A stretch of 64,000 nt of DNA, from the NCBI GenBank assembly GCA_964036045.1, contig OZ038378.1:168144001-168208000 (forward strand), read 5' to 3'. The notes beneath the pieces are model-generated. The model saw only the letters and a program-made list of their open reading frames with translations, was not told where the DNA came from and ran no database searches. Made by a program: the position numbers and the translations under genes. This document shows positions 49,475 to 61,380 of the stretch, piece by piece. Every line of letters begins with the position of its first letter. Position 1 is the first letter of the stretch. The stretch is from Eutreptiella sp. 'Long Island Sound 2002' (lineage: Eukaryota; Protista; Euglenida).

Positions 49475-52426
49475 GTATGCACTCTGATGATAAGGCACGA
49501 GTGTGATGCAAGTGCGATGCTTACTGATGCGTTTCACTTGAGAATGTACACAGTGTTTCTGCGTATTTGTGTTGAGCAAGCCTCCGTGAAGACCGCGGAG
49601 TTTGTAGATTGCCTGTGCCATCGACCCCGCTCATCACGTTCTAAAACTTTCGTGGTGTTTGTGTGATGATGTCTTTGCAATGTATATGATTCCGTGTGGC
49701 TCCTCGGTGCAGTGGCGTGGTAAATCGTCCCGCACAATGATATGTCGGAACGCAGCAAGGGATTGAAGTTTCCATGGACGGCCCTGAGGCAGGCACATCT
49801 TTGTCTGCGTGCAGCTGATTCTGTGCACACCCGCTTTGACACACAGTACTCCCAGGTTGCCCAGAGATGGTCCAAACAGTAGGGCCTCCTCTAAGAGGGT
49901 ACGTCAGCCACAAGCCACTGTAGTGTGGCACCAAATCGATGGTCATCCTGAGAAGCAACGTTATCTTTGGTGCAATTTTCACATTTTTCTGTTTGTAGGT
50001 ACTTTCAAGCGGTTTGTCCTGACACCCTTTTTCACATGTTCACATGCCCCTAGATTTAAATTCATACGGTCCGGACGAGTAGTACTGCTCGTCCAAGGAT
50101 ACGCAAGGCGAACGTACTTGTTGAGTTCAGCCCAAATTAGATTCGGTTCCGATTTCCAAATGAGAGGAAATTTGCAGGGGTTCGTATGCATTTTCAGAGG
50201 TCTGCTAGTTACAGTTGTTACTTGTCCTTGGGCTACCTCTTTTTGATTTATGCCGCAGCAACCTCCTTGTGTCCAGCATTTGTCTTCAAAATGATTTGAT
50301 GGACAGGGTTTCATAGCCTGATAGACAGGGTGTTCCACATGCGAACGAATGGGAAACGCATACCTGCGGCCATCATGGGGTTTGGCTTTCAGCATTTGGG
50401 GCGAACCTTTTTCACGGTCGGTTGACTATGCAAAGGGATCTCATGCAAACTGCTCCATTTTGCAATTCATCAAAATGTTTTGCATTCATTTTCTGGCTTT
50501 GGACAAGGGAAGCCCCAGCTCACAGTTGGCATCGTTTTGCCTATGTTGCGGCTGCCACGTGTGGGCTACGGCTTGTCTCAGATACAGCGGGCGCATGTAC
50601 CGTATGATTTTGAACCTTGGACAAAATGGGGGGATGGTACCCCGGCAGATTTCGGAGAGTACCCAGTGTTCAGCACCAGACCTGAAGGAACACGGCTGCT
50701 GGGATTTTTGAGAACTTGCATCAAAGTGTTTGCATTCATCACGCACTCTGTTTGGGTCCCATGCCACTCCCATGTCGCTCACACTTTCTTCCAAGTTCTT
50801 GGCACCCAATTGTCCCCTTTCCTCACTCTTCTGTGATCCAAACGAAGGTGGAGAGTCCAGAGGTTTAGCGGTAGGACGCTTGCCGTGCCTCCCCTTTGGC
50901 CCAGGGACGAGGCCAGTGGTGCATTGACACGCTGTGCATTCACAGGGGTACCAGGTGCATGCCGGTCCGTTGGGGGGCAAGAACCGAGTGTATATCCTGA
51001 CCGTGTTGAGGCAGGCCTTCAACCAGGTTTGTACTTTCTTTGTGCATGCAGTTTTCTGCCTCTTGCATACCACGTCTTGCACGGGTCACCAAGGGTGCGG
51101 ATCGGGGGCCAAAATAGTGCGTGCTTGCTGCTGTGCATGGCCAATGGTCTACGCTGTGCTGCACTACACGCTGTGCCTGCTGACTGCGAATTTTATGGAG
51201 CACCTGCTGAGTGCTGATTCTACTGCCACCCCGTGCTACTTGCTGCTGTCTTCGCTGAATCCACACTGGTCCAACACGTCAGCACGCCTACAGCGTGCAG
51301 TTTGCGGCGTATTTGAATTCCGGAGTACATCAGCTTTGTGTGTTCCAGGCAGCCAGAAGCAGCAAAGAGTGTGCACGGGGCTGCAGACAGCGAATGAGAG
51401 CTTGACATTGTGGCATGCACCACACGCTCTTGGGGCAGCAGACAGTAGGCTTTGCGCCAAGGCCTTGTGGTGCACCAGCTGCATCTGGCTGTGGCTTGGA
51501 GGGATTGGAAAACCGTGTTTTTGGCTTGCGGTGATGTCTGATTTGTTGTAGGGATTGGTGGTGTGGTCTTCTGGGATCGACGGAGGCTGGCCTCTGTTGA
51601 TAATTTCTGGTGACGGTGCATGTCCAGTCACCAACGGTGCTTGTCAAGTAATTAACAAACGCTGTCCAGTAACCGATAGTGTTTGTTCCACAGTCAATAG
51701 AGGCTGTGCAGTAACCAACAGCGCTTTTGGGGCAATGGTGTCCTGTATTGGACGCCTGTAATGCCCTCTCCGCAGCTCTCAACAGACTCATGCCGAAATG
51801 CATCCACTGGTCTGCCTGTGGGTTGTGCCAGTTGGACCTGGACTCTGCACACAAGCACCCCTCTGCCTGGAGAATGTTATTTCAAGGTTGCTGTGGAGGA
51901 GGGACCTCTGTGACCCGTCAACAAATAACAACAAATTGCAGAAAATCTGAAAAATACGGCTAACAACAAGTCAAAGGAAGTTTGGAGGCACTGTTTCTTA
52001 TAGCGTAATGACACGCTATGGGAACAGGGTCATGTGCCTCGGGTCCTATTTTCCGTTTTCCAATTTGATTTGAGTCTTGTCTCCCAAGGATGGCATATGC
52101 AGCTGGTGGACCAAAATTTTCGTAGCTCTTGTGCTTTGTTCCGATGGTACACAGTTTGGCAAGCACTGGGTCACAGTTTCAGTATTTGTTGCTTCTCTTT
52201 AGCTGCAGTATTTTCAAACAAAGAGTTTTCCCTGGTTCCACCCGCGATATTTCTTTCATCCGAAACAACGAGGCTAGTCACGACGAACCAACATTTGTAC
52301 CCCCAAAGGCCGAAACTCGAGGGAACTCTGGGAGATGGCCTCGAAGGCACAGTTGCTCAGCACTGGACACAGTGAAGTCAAGGGGGGGGGGGGATTTCCT
52401 TCGTTTTGTTCTGTGCAACGCCCCAG

Positions 52427-52851
52427 GGCCACACCTCGACAGCGCCTTTCACACGATCTGGCAGGCGGACATCAACGGTGACGGTGTACTGTCGTTTCTG
52501 GAGTACATTTACCTCATCACTTGTGTTGCGAGGCGCAAGGGCAGTAACCTTCACGGCTTCTCCGTCGCCGGGTCGCAGTACATCGTCATGACCTACGACA
52601 AATACGCAACGCGGGAGGGCCTTACCTTCGAGGGCCTGCAGGCCATCTTTCAGGGTATGGCAGGGCCAAGGGACCTGACCCTCGGCCCGCCGGCCCCGTG
52701 GTACCCCAAAGGGGGAGCGTGCGCCCTCGACTGTGCCACGTCGGATGTCTTCCCTGTTGCTGAGCCCGCACCGGGAGCGGCAGCACCAGCAGCGACAGTA
52801 GCACCGCCGGCGCCTTTTTCCGTTGGGCCCTTTGCTTGTCTTTCTCCCGAG
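52427..52851 (+). CDS. EF-hand-containing exon
   Basis: Canonical 12-residue loop DINGDGVLSFLE at 52468-52503. ccccag acceptor, GAG|GTTTGT donor, phase 1-0. Confidence 0.85.
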
Positions 52852-55349
52852 GTTTGTTCGACGGCGTCGATGCCAAGCGCCGTTTGCCTTTGGCAATTTC
52901 TCAAACCCCCGGCGAGGGAGGGCAGGGGGATGCAACGTCGTACGGGGGCGCAAGGGGGGGGGGGGGTGGGGGGCTTGTCGTGTCTTACAGGGGCACAAGG
53001 GGGGGGGGGGGTTGTGGTTTTGGTTATTTGTGCGGGGCCCAACACGTGCGGGCGGGCACAGTGCTGGCACCCTCTCGTTGGGAAGGGCGCAGCGGCGTGC
53101 GTGCAACCCCCGGGGGGGGGGGGGGCGTCGGGGTTCATTTTGTGGCGTGGGGTGCGCGTGTGGGGCGTGTGGACGTGCGGCACGGGGCGGGTCGTGGCGC
53201 GAGGCATGACCCGGTCTGCGGCATCGCCGCACCTCTCGCGTTTCCGACGCCTCCTCTTGCGCTGCTTTTGGCGACTCGGGCGCTGCGTGTCGTGCTGCCG
53301 CTTGTGATTTTGTTGCTTCCGCGTGCGGTGCCGCTCGCGGCCCGTACGCTTCCCGTCGGCCTGCCGCCGATGCCCCACGGCTGCCTCCTGCCCCGCCGCT
53401 TGTGGTTCACGATGCCTCCCCTTGTGCCGCTGATGGCGGTCCCAATGCGCCTTCGTGCTTCGCCGGTCATGAGTTGGACGCCGCCTCTTGTGTTGCTGGT
53501 CCCCCTGCGCCGCCGCCTGTCATCCAGACGCTCCCTCTGGTCCCGCCGCTGGTATCACAGTCACAAGAGGCAGCACCAGGGGACACGCTGAAGTCAGAAG
53601 CCACAGCGCAAGGGGGGGCATAGGGGACGCAAGCCGTAGAAAACACGGACGAGGCCAAATGTACCAGCGGCGGCACAAGAGGACACGGCACAAACACAAA
53701 TGCAATGGCGGCAGCACTCAAGGAAGCATCGCAATTACTCCGTCTCGTGTTGCCACTTGTGTTCCGGAAACGTCCCTTTGTGCTGCAGCTGGTGATTCTG
53801 ACGCCCTTGTGTTGCTGCTCTTGGTTTGGATATTTTCTCTCGTGCGGCCGCTTCTGGCTCTGACGCTTCCACTTGCGCTGCTTCTTGTGATGCCGGTGTC
53901 TCCGCCTCTGTTGCCGCTTCCGATTCTGAGGCCTCTCCTTGCGGCGCCGTGTGCTTTGGTCACCCCCTCTTGCGTGCCGCTGATGTCTCCGGGTCTTGCT
54001 CTTGTGCTACCCCTTGAGATGCCCTCGCTCTTGCTCGTACGGCTGATCGTGATTCCTTCGCTTCTCTTGTGCTGCCGCCAGTGATTCGGCTGCCTCCTCC
54101 TGCGCTGGCGCTAATTCTCCCTCCGCCGCATGTCGCGTTGCTGCTCGTCCTCCCGACTCTGCTTCTTATTCGACCGCTTGTGGTCCCGACCCTTTCTCCC
54201 GCGCTGCGCCTTGTGGGCCCAATGCCCCCCCCCCCCCCCCTCCCTCCCTCCCCCTGAGCCGCTGCTCGTGGTCCCGTCGATTTTTCTGGTGCTGCTTCCC
54301 CTCGTTGCCTACGCTTCTTGTGGTGCTCTCTCTTGTGCTTTGACGTTCGCTCTGCTGCTGCTTGCGATGGTTCGGGCATACCCTACCGTGCTGCCTGTAG
54401 CCCAGTTGCGCCGCCGCTTGATTCACCCCCGCTCCTTGTGGCGCTGCCCGAAGCTCTGGTTTCCCCCTCTTGCCGCTTCCCATGGCGCTCGCGCCTCCTC
54501 TCGATGCTCCACCGTCCCCTGCTGCGTCCCCTGCGGTGGGGTGATGAGGCCTAGGCCCGCGAGAGGGCGACTGCCCCGTGCCCTCCCTGTCCCTGCCATG
54601 GTCGGTGCCGGCCGTCGTCGCTGCCCCTCGCTGTGTGGCGTTGGTGCTCTGGACGTGCACTTCGCATCCGCGCGGTGCCGCCGTCGTTGGTGTGGTGCCC
54701 TGCGGCTCGCGTGACTCCTCCCCCCTCGAAATGGGCCTCACTCTGTGTCGTGGTCCGTGGGGCCATGTGCGTTCATGGCAGAGCGACCCAGTGGGCAGGG
54801 GCGAGATCACTCCGGAGGCGGTGGCGTGTTGTGTTCCGGCCTCGCTTTGCTCCCCCGTCGGTGCGCGCTCTTGTTGGGGCTGACGGGCTGACCGGCCACT
54901 GTGGGCAAGGATCGCCGGGACCCCGGTTCTGGGGCCACAACAATTGGGCCCCTCCCCGGTGTGTGTTACCCAGCGGCCACCTCGCTTAAAACTCTGTGGG
55001 GGCGCAGGGAGGGGGGGGGGGGGCATGTAATGTGATAAAGGGGAGCAGAGGGGGTGGGATGTGGAATACAGGGAATACAGGGGCGCAGGGCAGGAGATGT
55101 AATGTCATGCAGGGGTGCAGGGGGTGGGGGGCTGCAAAGTGGTACAGGGGGCACAAAAGGGGGGGAACGTAATTTTGCACAGATCGGCGGGAGCATTGAT
55201 GCAATACCATGCACGGAGGCGTAGGGTTGCAAAATCTGATGGTCCGACTGGGGGTCGGATCTTGCAATGACATTCCAGCCACCAGGTTTCGACGAACAAG
55301 CCCCCTGCAATATGGGGTGCTTGTTCGTGAACTCCATTCCACAATGCAG

Positions 55350-55590
55350 GAGCTCATTAGGGCTTCTGTCAAGTACACTCCGTGGGAGAAACAAGGCAAG
55401 CCAGCATCACAGACACGCATGTTGCCTTTCATTGTGGCCAGCCCCATATCACCTGTATGCACCCCATTGCACCCTTTGCGTGTCGCAGAGCATTTGGGCA
55501 AAACCACGGATCTTGTGTATTTGTGGTGCCTGTTTGCCAATGGGAAAGAGACCCTTCAGTTGCACCAGTTCATCTCGGTCCTCTACGCCA
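55350..55590 (+). CDS. Downstream exon(s) of the EF-hand protein, possibly split by a 93-nt GC-AG intron (55396-55488)
   Basis: aatgcag|GAG acceptor, phase 0, matches the EF-hand exon. Reads ELIRASVKYTPWEKQ...EHLGKTTDLVYLWCLFANGKETLQLHQFISVLYA (degenerate EF-hand-like). Confidence 0.55.
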
Positions 55591-56551
55591 GTGCGCGCCC
55601 ATGCTCCCCGTACCTTGCCCCAAAGAATATCACCACACGGTGTGTGCCCTTTCCCTTCCTCACATGGCAACGAGGAGTGCCCCTGCTCTTCTTTCCGAAT
55701 CAGAATTTTTTCTTTTGCTTGGGACAGCCCAAGATTTTGATGCAGCGAATTGACGCGGTTGATGGTTTGCGGTCTGCTGACGGCAGTCAATGGTCAATCA
55801 ATGTCGGTTGGCTCGTATCTGACAGCAGTCGGTCGCTTGTTGCTTGAGTTCCAGCTGTGCCAGAGTCCTGCAATGGTGTTGTCATTGTTTTGACTTTATG
55901 GACAGCCGAGTCCCAGAGGACATGATCAGGTCTCTGTGGCCAAGTTTCCAGCACCTACATGCTGTAGGCTGTCTCACCAACCAGAACATCACGGGCTGTT
56001 TCACCCGAACAGAACACCGTCTGGGATGTCTCACATCACCATGGGCTGTCCGACATGAGTAGAATCCATCCTAGATTGGGGGGTCTCAACAGTTGGATGG
56101 GGGGGAATAGCGTGCAGCGAGCGTGGGCCAGGGTTGCATGAGGAGGGCAGTACCATTTTGTTGCAGTGTACCGGCGCGACCGGCTTCCCGCGTCCTTCAT
56201 GTAAGCATTCAGGGATATTTGGGCAGGGTAGGGTGGGGCATGTTGGCGAAGTGTACATTAGTGAGCCGGGGTAACGTAGGGTGCATGCCCTTAAACACAA
56301 GAACTGCCAATTTTGGGTCCTCAGCTTTGAGGGCTCTTATCGACTGAGCCACTTTTGAGGGGGTGGTCCTGGGAAGAGTCTCTGTCCCCTCAGGTGTGGG
56401 TGCCCATATTCTTCACTTCTTCTTTTTGGCCATGCCAAGAATGATGTTGGGTTGGGCAGCTCCTTGTCTCCAAACCCCCCCTTCTCCCAGGCTGAGGAGG
56501 GAAAGTGCAGTTTTGTGCAAATTGCCCACCTGCCGTGTCGCTTCCCAACAG

Positions 56552-56648
56552 GTTTGAGATCCCAGTCCTGCTCCCGAGACGGGAAATGGTGAAGATAGAG
56601 ACCCCGGACATCCCCGTCTTTGACCCGCAGCTGATGAAGAAGCTGAAG
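56552..56648 (+). CDS. Probable later exon of the same gene (FEIPVLLPRREMVKIETPDIPVFDPQLMKKLK)
   Basis: ccaacag acceptor, AAG|GTGTTG donor, phase 2-0. Confidence 0.5.
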
Positions 56649-56820
56649 GTGTTGCCAGCACTTTAGCCTTCCAGCATGCATGGACTGGCTTTTTCAACCA
56701 TCTCTTTTGTCCTGCCCACCTGTGGAAAAGGCAAAGAATGAGGCAGTGGTGGGCTGATGTCGTTCACCATCTTTTCATCCTCCGAGCAGTTGCTGATGGT
56801 GTTGTTTTCTGTCTTGACAG

Positions 56821-57006
56821 CGGTGCGCTGTGGCATGGTTCATAATGGGGAAAGCGACAATTCAGCCCCTTCGTGGCCCGTCGGGGAAGAGCCCTTGGCA
56901 TATACCATGGTGCTTGGAGCAGCTCAGTCCAAGCCAAATATTTTTTTGCCAATCAAAGGCCTGCCTGGTAGTGGCTGGTGGGGTTTGGTGGTGGGTTCCC
57001 AGTTAG
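56821..57006 (+). CDS. Possible terminal exon (RCAVAWFIMGK...WWWVPS*)
   Basis: Strong pyrimidine tract with cttgacag acceptor, phase 0 compatible, open to TAG. Confidence 0.4.
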   Translation, partial: RCAVAWFIMGKATIQPLRGPSGKSPWHIPWCLEQLSPSQIFFCQSKACLVVAGGVWWWVPS

Positions 57007-57237
57007 GTAGGCAAGACGTTTTGGTGGATGGGGCATGATGGGCCAAAATCGTGCCATGTCCATGGGGGGGCCGTCTCCTCAGTTCGGGTACGCGACCCCC
57101 CCCCCCTCCCTGCCCTCCCGGGCCCACTTAGTTACCAAGGGTCAATAGCTACTGGCCATACATATGGTGGCGCCGAAGGCACCCAAAATTTTTTTCCCTT
57201 GCCCATGTAGCACCCCTCCCCGCCCAAGCGGCGGAGC

Positions 57238-57320
57238 ACCCCAACACTATCCTTGAACCCAACCTTGACTCTAACGCCATCCCAACCCTCAGCCTACTCC
57301 TAACCCCACACCTAACCCTA
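57238..57320. repeat. Degenerate telomere-like (CCCTAA) tract
   Basis: About 14 diverged hexamers ending ...cctaaccctaa. Confidence 0.75.
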
Positions 57321-58449
57321 ATCAAGGCTGAATATTGGGACCGAGCTGGTGGGGGAGGGAACATCAGCTATGACTGGTGAGGGACATCAAGAATGATTCA
57401 CACATTGATGGTTCTTGACAAAGTGAAATCAGCTTGCAAGTGAACCCCATCACCACGAGGCCCACTTTCAAGGCTTTTTGGACTTCTGAGGGGCCAAAAT
57501 GCCCCAAAATGGGCTCATTTCACCCGTTTGTGCACCCCAAATGGTCTAGGATGATTTTTGGAAAAATGTGTTTTTGACCCATTTTTGACCCATTTTTGGT
57601 CCCAAAACAGCCCGTTTTCAAGGCATTTTGGGATTTTCGGAGGACCAAAATGGGCCACCACAAGCTCAAAACAGTCCAAAAACACTTGTTTTAGCGTCGC
57701 ACATGGTCAAGGATCATTTATAAGAAAAGTCATCTTTTTGCCCTACCGGACCCTGTTGCACCCACCTGTTTGGGCTACCTCTTGCAGCTTGCCGCAGCCT
57801 AGTGGGCCTAGGTATTGGGGTCTAGGCGTCTATTTGGGCAATTTTGAGGGGTGGAAGCCACAAAAAGTGGGGGGTTGCGGGTGGAGTAGGTGCCCTCGGA
57901 ATCGCATTTTGAGCCATGTAGCCAAAGATATGGCCCATTCTTGGTTTGTGGCTGTCGGCATTTGGAGCTTCTGGGGGCCTTTTTGGGCCGTTTCCGGGAC
58001 ATATCATGGAGTTAGAGGGCCGCAAAGAGCTCGTTGACACGGGGAAGTCAAGCCGCACGTGTAGTGTACCCACCGTTTCCCTTCGTTTGGCCGTTTTGAA
58101 TGTGTTCCGGGGCTTTTTTGGCCCAAAAATGGCTGTTTTTGGCCCCAAACTGCAGTTTTGGAACATGAGGTCCGCCACTTGCGAATCCCGTTCCCGGCCG
58201 CCACCGTTGAGTTTCTTGCTCAAACTTTATGTGATTGTATTTCACACCCATAGGTGTCATCCACCAAAATTTCACCCGAATCTGAAGCACCACAACGGAA
58301 GCCTGATTTTTACCCATTTCGCGCGTGCTGCTTGCTTGCTGCTTGCTGCTTGCTGCTTGCTTGCTGCTGCTTGCTGCTGCTAAACCTGGTAGGTCCACCC
58401 TAGACACTAAAAAGGGTTATAAAACCAAGACTGGTTCCACCAGCTCGGT
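57314..58449. mobile_element. 1136-bp non-coding element, copy 1, with 13-bp subterminal inverted repeats
   Basis: ACCGAGCTGGTGG at 57340-57352 and CCACCAGCTCGGT at 58437-58449; (TGC/TTGC)n tract at 58326-58380; near-identical to the next copy. Confidence 0.85.
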
Positions 58450-59449
58450 GACCCTAATCAAGACTTAATATTGGGACCGAGCTGGTGGGGGAGGGAACAT
58501 CAGCTATGACTGGTGAGGGACATCAAGAATGATTCACACATTGATGGCTCTTAACAAAGTGAAATCAGCTTGCAAGTGAACCCCATCACCACGAGGCCCA
58601 CTTTCAAGGCTTTTTGGACTTCTGAGGGGCCAAAATGCCCCAAAATGGGCTCATTTCACCCGTTTGTGCACCCCAAATGGTCTAGGATGATTTTTGGAAA
58701 AATGTGTTTTTGACCCATTTTTGACCCATTTTTGGTCCCAAAACAGCCCGTTTTCAAGGCATTTTGGGATTTTCGGAGGACCAAAATGGGCCACCACAAG
58801 CTCAAAACAGTCCAAAAACACTTGTTTTAGCGTCGCACATGGTCAAGGATCATTTATAAGAAAAGTCATCTTTTTGCCCCTACCGGACCCTGTTGACCCA
58901 TTTGGGCACCCACCTGTTTGGGCTACCTCTTGCAGCTTGCCGCAGCCTAGTGGGCCTAGGTATTGGGGTCTAGGCGTCTATTTGGGCAATTTTGAGGGGT
59001 GGAAGCCACAAAAAGTGGGGGGTTGCGGGTGGAGTAGGTGCCCTCGGAATCGCATTTTGAGCCATGTAGCCAAAGATATGGCCCATTCTTGGTTTGTGGC
59101 TGTCGGCATTTGGAGCTTCTGGGGGCCTTTTTGGGCCGTTTCCGGGACATATCATGGAGTTAGAGGGCCGCAAAGAGCTCGTTGACACGGGGAAGTCAAG
59201 CCGCACGTGTAGTGTACCCACCGTTTCCCTTCGTTTGGCCGTTTTGAATGTGTTCCGGGGCTTTTTTGGCCCAAAAATGGCTGTTTTTGGCCCCAAACTG
59301 CAGTTTTGGAACATGAGGTCCGCCACTTGCGAATCCCGTTCCCGGCCGCCACCGTTGAGTTTCTTGCTCAAACTTTATGTGGTTGTACTTCACACCCATA
59401 GGTATCATCCACCAAAATTTCACCCGAATCTGAAGCATTTCGCGCGTGC

Positions 59450-59480
<31 letters not shown>

Positions 59481-59548
59481 AAACCTGGTAGGTCCACCCT
59501 AGACACTAAAAAGGGTTATAAAACCAAGACTGGTTCCACCAGCTCGGT
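58450..59548. mobile_element. Same element, head-to-tail copy 2 (1099 bp)
   Basis: Offset of 1136 bp from copy 1; inverted repeats at 58476-58488 and 59536-59548. Differs by small insertions (+12 net), a ~27-bp deletion and a shorter microsatellite. Confidence 0.85.
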
Positions 59549-60187
59549 GACCCTAACCCTAGCCCTAGCTCTCACCCTAGGCTAGGGTTAGAGTGAGTAT
59601 TGGGGTCCAAAATGGAGAGCAATGATGTGGCAAAAGCAGCCATGAATGAAATTTGGTGGATGATGTTCAGCCCAATCAACATGGCTAGCATGGCCAAACC
59701 AGGTTGCTGCAAAGGTTAGGGTTAGGTTTATGGTGATGGTATGGTTAGAGGGAGGGCAAGGGGAGGTACGCGGAGCCCCCCCCCCCCAAGCTAACCACCA
59801 AGGCCTTGTGCCAGCCCCCCCCCCCAACCACCCCAAATTGCCCCACCTGGAACCCCCCCCCCAACCGACCCTCCCGACTGCCCCCCATCGCCCCTCCCTG
59901 AAACCCCCCCCCCCTCCCCCCAAGGGGCCTTTGGCCCACTTCTACTGGGGGGGGGGGGGGAGTCGCATACAAAAGCGAGGAGACGGCCCCCCGTGGCCAT
60001 GTCGCATCTGCCAGGCAATGGAGTTTGGTGGAGTTTGGCAATCAAGAGCATTTAAGGCCTCGCCACAGCCCTCTTCGCAAATGAACGCGAGCGCCATCTG
60101 CTGGGGGTAAGTGCAGCTTTGTTCAGGGGCGAGGGTTACGGTCATGTGTATTGGAAAGTACTGCAGCGTTGACAAGGAGACAATCTG

Positions 60188-60232
60188 ATGAACCAGCGTG
60201 GCATGCACCAGCACCGCTTTGTGTCCGTTGCA
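60188..60232 (+). CDS. Protein kinase, probable first exon (MNQRGMHQHRFVSVA)
   Basis: In-frame stop upstream, acceptor-like tactgcag 21 nt before the ATG, donor GTGAGA, phase 0. Confidence 0.5.
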
Positions 60233-60294
60233 GTGAGACCTAGGGTTGTGGTGACAGTGCTGCGCACAGTCGGTGTTGGTATAATTCTTTGCAG

Positions 60295-60397
60295 GTGCTT
60301 GGACAAGGCGGCATGAGCGTGGCGTGGCTTATCGAATATGAGGGAACCCAATGTGTGGCCAAGTGTCCTTTGCCGGTCACTGACCCACATACCCGAG
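60295..60397 (+). CDS. Protein kinase, exon with subdomains I-II
   Basis: Reads VLGQGGMSVAWLIEYEGTQCVAKCP (Gly-rich loop plus catalytic Lys). tctttgcag acceptor, G|GTATTG donor, phase 0-1. Confidence 0.8.
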
Positions 60398-60889
60398 GTA
60401 TTGTATGGGCAATTCCTCCTACTGCTTCTATTGGCAACACTTGTCCTGTGGGTGTTCACCAACCGAGAGGGATATGGTCTAGTTTTGTGCAGGAATGGTG
60501 AGAGAACTGTACCACTTTTCCGGTACTGTGGCTGCCTCGATCGTTTTGCATGCAACGCCATGGAGGTGCTGCCCTGGCCAGCACTGCAGTGATCCGCTGG
60601 CGTGGTCTCCGGGTGTCTCGGTTACTTTTCTGCAACTTGGTTGCCAATTTCTATTGAAGTTGTCAATTCTCCGCGTTCTACTGCTTTACATATCTCTCGT
60701 TGTCTGTGTCTTCCAATCAACCTGTGCATTTTGTGTAAATGTAAGTTGTGTTTGTGTAAGGCTGGAATCAGGGTCTCTGCAGTTGCGGTTGGATGTGTGT
60801 GCATGACTTTGACACAAGGCTCTTCTGTGTTATATGTATTTCCATAACATCAATTCCAATACATCTATATTACCACATCCTCCTCCCCA

Positions 60890-60909
60890 TAAATCCGCCA
60901 CAAGCAAGC

Positions 60910-60944
<35 letters not shown>

Positions 60945-61380
60945 AGCACTTCACCAATCCATATTATTTTTGGCAGGAAAAGTCGGCTCCACGCTGGCCG
61001 CGATTCTCTTGGCTTAAACCCCCACACGTGGATTTGCCAAATCACAAAATTGAGCAAAAAGCTCAACGGTGGCAGCCCAAGGCGCCGGCTGCCAATTGGG
61101 GGTCCACCCTCCAAAGGTGGCCCGCTTCTGGTCAAGAAGGGCCTTTGTTTTTGCCCAAAACAACCCTGAAATGGCCTCGAACCACGAGAAAGAGTGGAAA
61201 GAAAGAGTGGTTTGAACTGCGGTGTTTTGGTCATGCCAACAAAGCTTGTTTTCTGCACGAAATGTCTGGGCAATGCCCCCGAAAGGGTCTCAAATAGCCC
61301 CAAATCTGCACAATCTGGTCCTAAACAGCTAAATTTGGCCCCAAAAGGTCTTGAAAAGCCATCTACATGGCCAACCCACA
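60890..61380 (-). repeat. Diverged inverted relative of the 57.3-59.5 kb element
   Basis: TTGAGCAAAAAGCTCAACGGTGGC is a near reverse complement of GCCACCGTTGAGTTTCTTGCTCAA (about 58200); adjacent (GCA)n tract. Confidence 0.65.

Noticed and set aside
57314-59548. CRISPR-like or prokaryotic IS interpretation of the repeats
   Set aside because: No short repeat-unique spacer periodicity, no cas or transposase ORF, and the context is intron-rich eukaryotic DNA.
57558-59585. Duplicated ORF sets (159/163 aa, 133 aa, etc.) in the tandem element
   Set aside because: The copies differ by frameshifting indels, ORFs overlap on both strands, and no domain motifs are present; these are chance ORFs in a non-coding repeat.
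60493-60565. Candidate kinase exon MVRELYHF...
   Set aside because: Exon 63835-63893 has the same phase and a much better subdomain III-IV match (RHRNV); this one is at best alternative.
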